Part shown: piece after piece, positions 57,646 through 64,000 of the stretch
How the letters are laid out: each line of letters opens with the position of its first letter
How positions within the stretch are numbered: the first letter of the stretch is position 1
From: an uncultured Verrucomicrobiae bacterium
GTDB lineage: Bacteria > Verrucomicrobiota > Verrucomicrobiia > Limisphaerales > UBA11358
Reading direction: 5' to 3'
Length of the DNA: 64,000 bases
Assembly: GCA_963786375.1 (NCBI GenBank)
Contig: CAWAYP010000003.1
Coordinates: 241,215 to 305,214, forward strand
Translations under genes and position numbers: made by a program
Notes under the pieces: model-generated
Told to the model about the DNA's origin: nothing
Seen by the model: the letters and a program-made list of their open reading frames with translations, nothing else
Database searches by the model: none

Positions 57646-57679
57646 ATAAGAATAGGCTGCAACCGCTTCCAACGCCGGT

Positions 57680-59407
57680 TCAAAGTTTTCCCAATTCGTC
57701 CCGCAACAATTTCGTCAGCGGCTGAATTGTATTGGTGCTGAATTCAAATTGGCAGCCGGCGGCAGCGAATAATTCCGGCAACGAACGCGACCCGCCCAAC
57801 GCCAAAGCTCTTTTGTAATCGTTCAACGCCTTGGCCTTGTCGCGCTTTGAATTGGCCCAGACTTGCAACGCGCCCAGTTGCGCGATGCCGTATTCAATGT
57901 AGTAAAACGGGTGAAGGAAAATATGAAGCTGCCGGTGCCAGAGATGGGCGCGCACGGCCTCGTGTCCGCTCCAATCCACGTCGCCGCCAAAACGGTCCAT
58001 CAATGCCAGCCACGCCGCCGCCCTTGCGGCGCGCGTGTGATTGGGGTGCGTGTAAATCCAATGCTGGAACGCATCCACCGTCGCAATCCAGGGAAAACCC
58101 CCGACGATGCCTTCGAGGTGAACGCGGCGCGCGCGGTTCGCGTCGGCGGCGGAATAAAATTCCTCGATGAATTCGTTGCCGAGCAGTTCCATGCTCATCG
58201 AAGCGACCTCGCAAAATTCAATCGGCGCGTGGCGGTAGGCGCGCAAATCATCGGCGCGCGCCGCCAGCGCATGAAAGGCGTGGCCGGCTTCGTGCAAGAT
58301 CGTCTCCACGTCGCGCTGCAAACCGACGGCGTTCATGAAAATGAACGGCACCCGCGCTTCGTTGAGCGTGTCCTGATAGCCGCCGGGCGCCTTGCCCTTG
58401 CGATTGTCGAGGTCCAGCAGATGCAAATCCTGCATCTGCCGGAAACCGCCGGCGAGTTCGTTGTCCAGCCGGTCAAAAATCTTCTGCGTGCGGGAAACCA
58501 TCTCACCGACCCTGCCGAACGGCTTCAGTGGCGGGCGATTCAGCGGATCAACCGCCAGGTCCCACGGCCGCAACTTTTCCAGCTTCAAATGCCGCCGCCG
58601 TTCCGCCTGCAATTCGCGCAACACCGGCATGACATGTTGTTCCACCGCGTCGTGAAACTTTTCGCAATCCTCCGGCGTGTATTCAAAACGACCGTTCCGG
58701 CGAAAGGCGTAGTCGCGGTAATTTTCAAATCCGGCGTTTTGCGCGATTTGCTGTCGCAGTTTGATTTGCTGGTCCAAAATATCGTCGAATTTTTCCGCCT
58801 CTTGCAAACGGCGCCGGGCGACAACTTCCCACGCTTCCCGCCGCAGGGGGCGGTCGGGTTCTTCGAGATAGCGGCCCATTTGAACGAGGGTCCTTTCTTC
58901 CCCGCGAAAATTCACCGTGAGCGAGCCGCTTAATTTTTGGTACTGCTGGCAAAGTTTGGCTTCCTCGGTTTCGAGCGGAACATTTTCGGGCCGGAATAAT
59001 TCGACGTGGTTTATCACTTCGCGGTCGAAAACTTGAAAGCGCGGTTGGGGCAGCTTTCCGCGCAGCGGATGGACAACATAAATTTTTTCGAGCGCGAACT
59101 GGCGCGGCTTGAGCTGCGGCTCGATATGTTCAACAAAATGCAGATGCGCCTTTTCCGCGTCCGGATTGTCCGTGTGGCAGGTCATGGCGATGTAACGGCG
59201 GGAGGATTCCTCGTCGAGCGCGGCGTTCAGTTCGCTCCAATCGAGCAGCCAGCGCTCCAAATCAGCGGCGGTCTGGCAATGGGCCGCGCGCGTTTCCAGT
59301 TGCTCGAACAGCGGCGCGATTTGCGGCCAATCGCCAAGGTCAATGGTTGGGGGAACAAACCGGCGCGGCCGGTACGCGGACAGTTTTCCAAATGGCAGCA
59401 AATTCAT
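57680..59407 (-). CDS. pepF: M3 family oligoendopeptidase F
   Basis: AGFENYRDY, RKGKAPGGY, HEAGHAFH (HExxH), EVASMSME, FQHWIY, FYYIEY. Confidence 0.88.
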   Translation of the reverse strand: MNLLPFGKLSAYRPRRFVPPTIDLGDWPQIAPLFEQLETRAAHCQTAADLERWLLDWSELNAALDEESSRRYIAMTCHTDNPDAEKAHLHFVEHIEPQLKPRQFALEKIYVVHPLRGKLPQPRFQVFDREVINHVELFRPENVPLETEEAKLCQQYQKLSGSLTVNFRGEERTLVQMGRYLEEPDRPLRREAWEVVARRRLQEAEKFDDILDQQIKLRQQIAQNAGFENYRDYAFRRNGRFEYTPEDCEKFHDAVEQHVMPVLRELQAERRRHLKLEKLRPWDLAVDPLNRPPLKPFGRVGEMVSRTQKIFDRLDNELAGGFRQMQDLHLLDLDNRKGKAPGGYQDTLNEARVPFIFMNAVGLQRDVETILHEAGHAFHALAARADDLRAYRHAPIEFCEVASMSMELLGNEFIEEFYSAADANRARRVHLEGIVGGFPWIATVDAFQHWIYTHPNHTRAARAAAWLALMDRFGGDVDWSGHEAVRAHLWHRQLHIFLHPFYYIEYGIAQLGALQVWANSKRDKAKALNDYKRALALGGSRSLPELFAAAGCQFEFSTNTIQPLTKLLRDELGKL

Positions 59408-59463
59408 GGAAATAAAGTGGCGGAAAACCGGCGGTGGAAAAAGCCAAAAGGATTCCGGTTGGA

Positions 59464-60933
59464 TCAAGGCGGGCTTTTTTCAGGCAATCTGCCAATCCAG
59501 ATTTCGCCCACAGCATGGTGCCATTCCAATTGAGGCAGATCAGGCTGGGCGGGACTGTAAATCACCAGCCGGTCACTGGGCCGCATCTTTTGGATCCAAG
59601 GTCCGTAGGCTTCGAGCGCGCCGTGGCTCAATTGAATCGAGCGGAGGATTTTCAGGTCCGCTTCCGGCATGATGGCGGGTTCGTAACCGAGAATGTAACG
59701 CCAGTCGGCCGCCGGGTTTTTATAGAAGGTGTCGTAGTAAAAAGCCATTTGGGCGCAGTAAAAAATGCCGTCCTTGCCCGACAGCCAGCCTTGCAAATCC
59801 AGGTCATGGGCGTCCACGAATTGTTCACCCGCGGAAGCAGAGTAGCGGCGGTCCAAATCATTTGTGCTTTGAAGAAAAAGCGGGAACGCAATCAGCGCGC
59901 ACAGCAGCAATCGTTTTGGCGCAGTGGCTTCACAATAAGTTGTGAACGTTTCCTCAAATTGCAGCGTCAGCCAGACAAGCACGGCCGGCATGCCCCAGTC
60001 GGCCCAGCAACGATCGGCCTTCAACCCAAGTATCCAACAGATAACTATGAGCCAAAAGACGGGCGTATTCAGAAGCGCGGACGTGGTGCGGCCTTGTTGT
60101 CGGCGCCAAAGAAAAACAACGGCCACCAGCACCAGCGTCTCAAATTCGCCGCGGCTGGGAGTCATTTCACCCACCAGCACCCACTGCGGCGCCTTTTCAA
60201 AGGTGACCGTCGCCGCCAGTCGGATGGTTTGTTCGAGAAACTGAACCGGGCTGCCGGTCAAGGCCGCGGCAACGGCGGTTCCCACCGACCAGCAGCCCAG
60301 CAACCAAAGGAGCTTGCGCCACTCCCGCGCCAGCAAGAACGCCGCGAACAGAAATCCCCATAAAAACCACGCCCCATCCATCCAGGTGGCCAGACAAAAA
60401 GCGGCAGCGGTAAGGATGATTTTGCACCACGACGGATTTCCCGGATCAGTTCTTGACCAGACGAACAGCAGGGCAATCAAAATGCCTTCCGGAATCAACA
60501 ACGGCCGGCATTGCACGAGCCGGTCCATCAAATAAGGCAGCGCCACCAATTCGGCCAGCAGCGCGGCCAGCCAGGCTTCCGGCCGGCGCAGCCACGGCAA
60601 CGCGGAATAAAACACACCCAGCAACAGGGTGATGACGGCAAACACAGTGATTTGTCCGCTGTCCCAGCCGGTCGCCTTTTGCACGCGACGCAGCACCCAT
60701 TCCCAGCCCGGATTGTGATCCAATTTGAATCCCGGCCGCAGCACGACGACCTGGCTGTCGGATTTATCCGTGAACGCCTTGGCAATGTGCCGCCGGGCAT
60801 CGCCGCCCGGCACGAACCCATAGCTTAAAATCTTGAGCGGAACCAGAAACAGGGTTGAGAGAACAATTATCCAGGCGAACAAAGGCACGTAGCGTTGGAA
60901 GAAGGAGCCCCCTGTACCTGCTGGATTTTCCAC
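59464..60933 (-). CDS. polytopic membrane protein, possible GT-C fold (start uncertain)
   Basis: About ten hydrophobic segments, first-loop GGDARRH...DHNPGWE, RP motif and a soluble C-terminal domain. Confidence 0.65.
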   Translation of the reverse strand: MENPAGTGGSFFQRYVPLFAWIIVLSTLFLVPLKILSYGFVPGGDARRHIAKAFTDKSDSQVVVLRPGFKLDHNPGWEWVLRRVQKATGWDSGQITVFAVITLLLGVFYSALPWLRRPEAWLAALLAELVALPYLMDRLVQCRPLLIPEGILIALLFVWSRTDPGNPSWCKIILTAAAFCLATWMDGAWFLWGFLFAAFLLAREWRKLLWLLGCWSVGTAVAAALTGSPVQFLEQTIRLAATVTFEKAPQWVLVGEMTPSRGEFETLVLVAVVFLWRRQQGRTTSALLNTPVFWLIVICWILGLKADRCWADWGMPAVLVWLTLQFEETFTTYCEATAPKRLLLCALIAFPLFLQSTNDLDRRYSASAGEQFVDAHDLDLQGWLSGKDGIFYCAQMAFYYDTFYKNPAADWRYILGYEPAIMPEADLKILRSIQLSHGALEAYGPWIQKMRPSDRLVIYSPAQPDLPQLEWHHAVGEIWIGRLPEKSPP

Positions 60934-60935
60934 AA

Positions 60936-61145
60936 TTAAAGTTTGGTTTTGAGGCCGCAGGCGCGCAAGAGGCACCAGCCGCGAATGGATTCAAAAATGG
61001 CGAACAGGCCTGCCACCACCAAAACCAGACCCCACAATGTGTAATCGCCCGCAACAATGATGCCCGCGATCAGGCAAAGCGCGCCAATGACACCGCGCGC
61101 CATGCGCCCGCGATGGCTGAGGTTGGGCCGGAAAAAGCGATTCAC
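60936..61145 (-). CDS. small DUF2892-like membrane protein
   Basis: PNL...GR..RG, two TM segments, GWC..RACG.KT. Confidence 0.65.
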   Translation of the reverse strand: MNRFFRPNLSHRGRMARGVIGALCLIAGIIVAGDYTLWGLVLVVAGLFAIFESIRGWCLLRACGLKTKL

Positions 61146-61230
61146 GCAAAAAATCTAGCACAAGGTATGCCTAAAAAACAAGTCATTGCAAGGGACACTG
61201 GCCAGCCGGCGTCAATTGCGCCATAATGCA

Positions 61231-61455
61231 ATGATGGTGAATTGGTTTAGCGAGGATTTTCTGCTGGCCTCATTGGTTTGGGGTTCGATTGCGAGCGGCT
61301 ATCTGATATATGGCTGGAGGCAAAAGGCCGCCCTGCCCCTTGTCGGCGGCGCGGTGATGATGGTGGTTTCCTGTTTCCTTCCCGCCCTGCCGATGTCGCT
61401 CATCTGCATCACCGTGATGGCGATGGTTTATTGGCTGGCGAAACGGGGCCATTGA
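61231..61455 (+). CDS. small membrane protein
   Basis: LLASLVWGSIASGYLIYGWRQK..LPL; three hydrophobic segments. Confidence 0.65.
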   Translation: MMVNWFSEDFLLASLVWGSIASGYLIYGWRQKAALPLVGGAVMMVVSCFLPALPMSLICITVMAMVYWLAKRGH

Positions 61456-61640
61456 TTTTCACGACTCGGAGGCGTGCAACCTTCCATGAGCTTCAGAAGT
61501 CAGCGTTCGGTAAGCCTATCCTGAGTTCGCGCGACGTCATGCCCTTCGAATAACGTTCTCGGCAAGAATGCCGTTCTCCTACAAAGAACCAAGGAAAAAC
61601 CGGAAGTCAAACGATTGGCTTCCGGTTTTGAATTCTGTTG

Positions 61641-61689
61641 GTGGGGACGCGCTGCCGCGCGTCCGGCGGACCAGCAGGTCCGCCCTACC
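61641..61689. repeat. GTAG-type REP doublet downstream of eno
   Basis: GTGGGGACGCGCTGCCGCGCGTCC adjoining the reverse complement of GGTAGGGCGGACCTGCTGGTCCGCC. Confidence 0.7.
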
Positions 61690-61693
61690 CTGG

Positions 61694-63011
<1,318 letters not shown>

Positions 63012-63383
63012 TTATCAAAAAACCAAATTAAGCAACCATAATAGAGCCAGGGGCCGGTGAGTCAAGGCATGGGTTTTGGACCAGGCTTGTCCGGCATCAG
63101 CAACGTCCATTTGCCATCCCAGGAACCATGGTCACTGCTGGACGGACGACCGGGCGTCACGCCGGTTTTCGCCGCCCGGTTGCCGTCGGGCGCGCTCAAA
63201 AATCACCGCCGCGCGTTCCGAAACCCCGGCGACACGATGGTCGCCTTCGCGGCCTGTGCCGGCACCGCACCATTCAGAAGACAAGCGCTACGACCCAGAC
63301 TGAAGGTCATTTTTGTTTTGTTCATGAATGTTTATGCGTGTCGAAACTTGTGGGGACTCCCGGCTTTGGGGTAAATTCTACTT

Positions 63384-64000
63384 ATGCGCAATCCCATCAT
63401 TGCCGCGCTGGATGTGCCGACGGCCGAGGCCGCACTGGAGCTGGTCCAGAAAATCGCGCCGGTGGTCGGCGCCTTCAAGGTTGGCAGCGAGTTGTTCACG
63501 AGCGCCGGGCCGGACATCGTGCGCCGGATCCGCGCGACCGGGGCGGCGATTTTTCTGGATTTGAAATTCCACGACATCCCAAACACGGTCGCCGGGGCCG
63601 TTGCCTCCGCCGTGCGCCTCGACGTGCAAATGCTTACCGTGCATACGAGCGGCGGTCCGGACATGCTCAAAGCCGCCGAGCAGGCGGCCCAGGAAACCGC
63701 GTGGGAACTGGGTCATGCGCCACCGCTGGTGCTGGGTGTGACGGTGTTGACGAGCCTCGACAGCCATGTGTTAAGCCAGATCGGTCTCGACCCGAATGTC
63801 AGCCGCCAGGTGCGCCGCCTCGCCAACATGGCTACCCAGGCCGGCCTGCGCGGTCTCGTTTGTTCGCCGCTGGAAGTGGCTGAACTCCGGCAAATGCTGA
63901 CCGCCGGCGTCCAACTCGTCACCCCCGGCGTCCGGTCTCAAGCAAATCCTGCCGATGATCAAAAGCGCACGTTCGGCCCGCGCGAAGCCGTTGCCGCCGG
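63384..64000 (+). CDS. pyrF: orotidine-5'-phosphate decarboxylase (3' end runs off the window)
   Basis: Hand translation: MRNPIIAALD..FKVG..IFLDLKFHDIPNTV..VTVLTS..VCS..VTPGVR..DDQKR. Confidence 0.95.
   Translation, partial: MRNPIIAALDVPTAEAALELVQKIAPVVGAFKVGSELFTSAGPDIVRRIRATGAAIFLDLKFHDIPNTVAGAVASAVRLDVQMLTVHTSGGPDMLKAAEQAAQETAWELGHAPPLVLGVTVLTSLDSHVLSQIGLDPNVSRQVRRLANMATQAGLRGLVCSPLEVAELRQMLTAGVQLVTPGVRSQANPADDQKRTFGPREAVAA

Noticed and set aside
56950-57662. XerC/D dif sites
   Set aside because: Arm spacing is too short and there is no TTATGTTAAAT-like XerD arm; integron-type simple sites fit better.
63060-63325. Gene or ncRNA between eno and pyrF
   Set aside because: The minus strand gives a signal-peptide-like start (MNKTKMTFSL...PAQA) but stops after 40 codons. 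No recognisable family or RNA motif; possibly a decayed gene.

Overview
This window looks like GC-rich chromosomal DNA from a Verrucomicrobiota (Pedosphaera/Limisphaerales-like) organism; that assignment is inferred from gene content and repeat style. From left to right it holds: a type II secretion operon (gspEFGHIJK plus an L/PilM-like gene); a DUF3300-DUF2950 pair; a ~25 kb xyloglucan/xylose utilisation locus with no SusC/D, interrupted by an EVE-HNH modification-dependent nuclease; a YlbF-like gene; pilMNOP under a sigma-54 promoter; a TMTC-like glycosyltransferase; and CHAD, lplT-acyltransferase, nnr, phoBR and ispF. The sugar locus contains xylA, a eukaryote-type xylB, GH74, 2x GH3, GH35-like, GH2, 2x GH31, GH9 and xylE. 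The most interesting feature is a compact 4.9 kb integrative element at 49292-54172. It is bounded by a perfect 16-bp direct repeat that lies inside a REP-like palindromic repeat rather than a tRNA gene. It carries a tyrosine recombinase lacking the canonical first catalytic Arg, paired arm-type repeats at both ends, a three-hairpin non-coding tract, a patchwork of truncated genes fused to a nucleotidyltransferase-like two-gene module, and an Frpo-like long hairpin. Further right are a peptidase C26/NtrC pair, a lone integron-cassette-like gene, pepF, eno and a partial pyrF. Four frameshifts (GH2, GH31 twice, enolase) are most likely sequencing errors. All calls are by eye; no searches were run.
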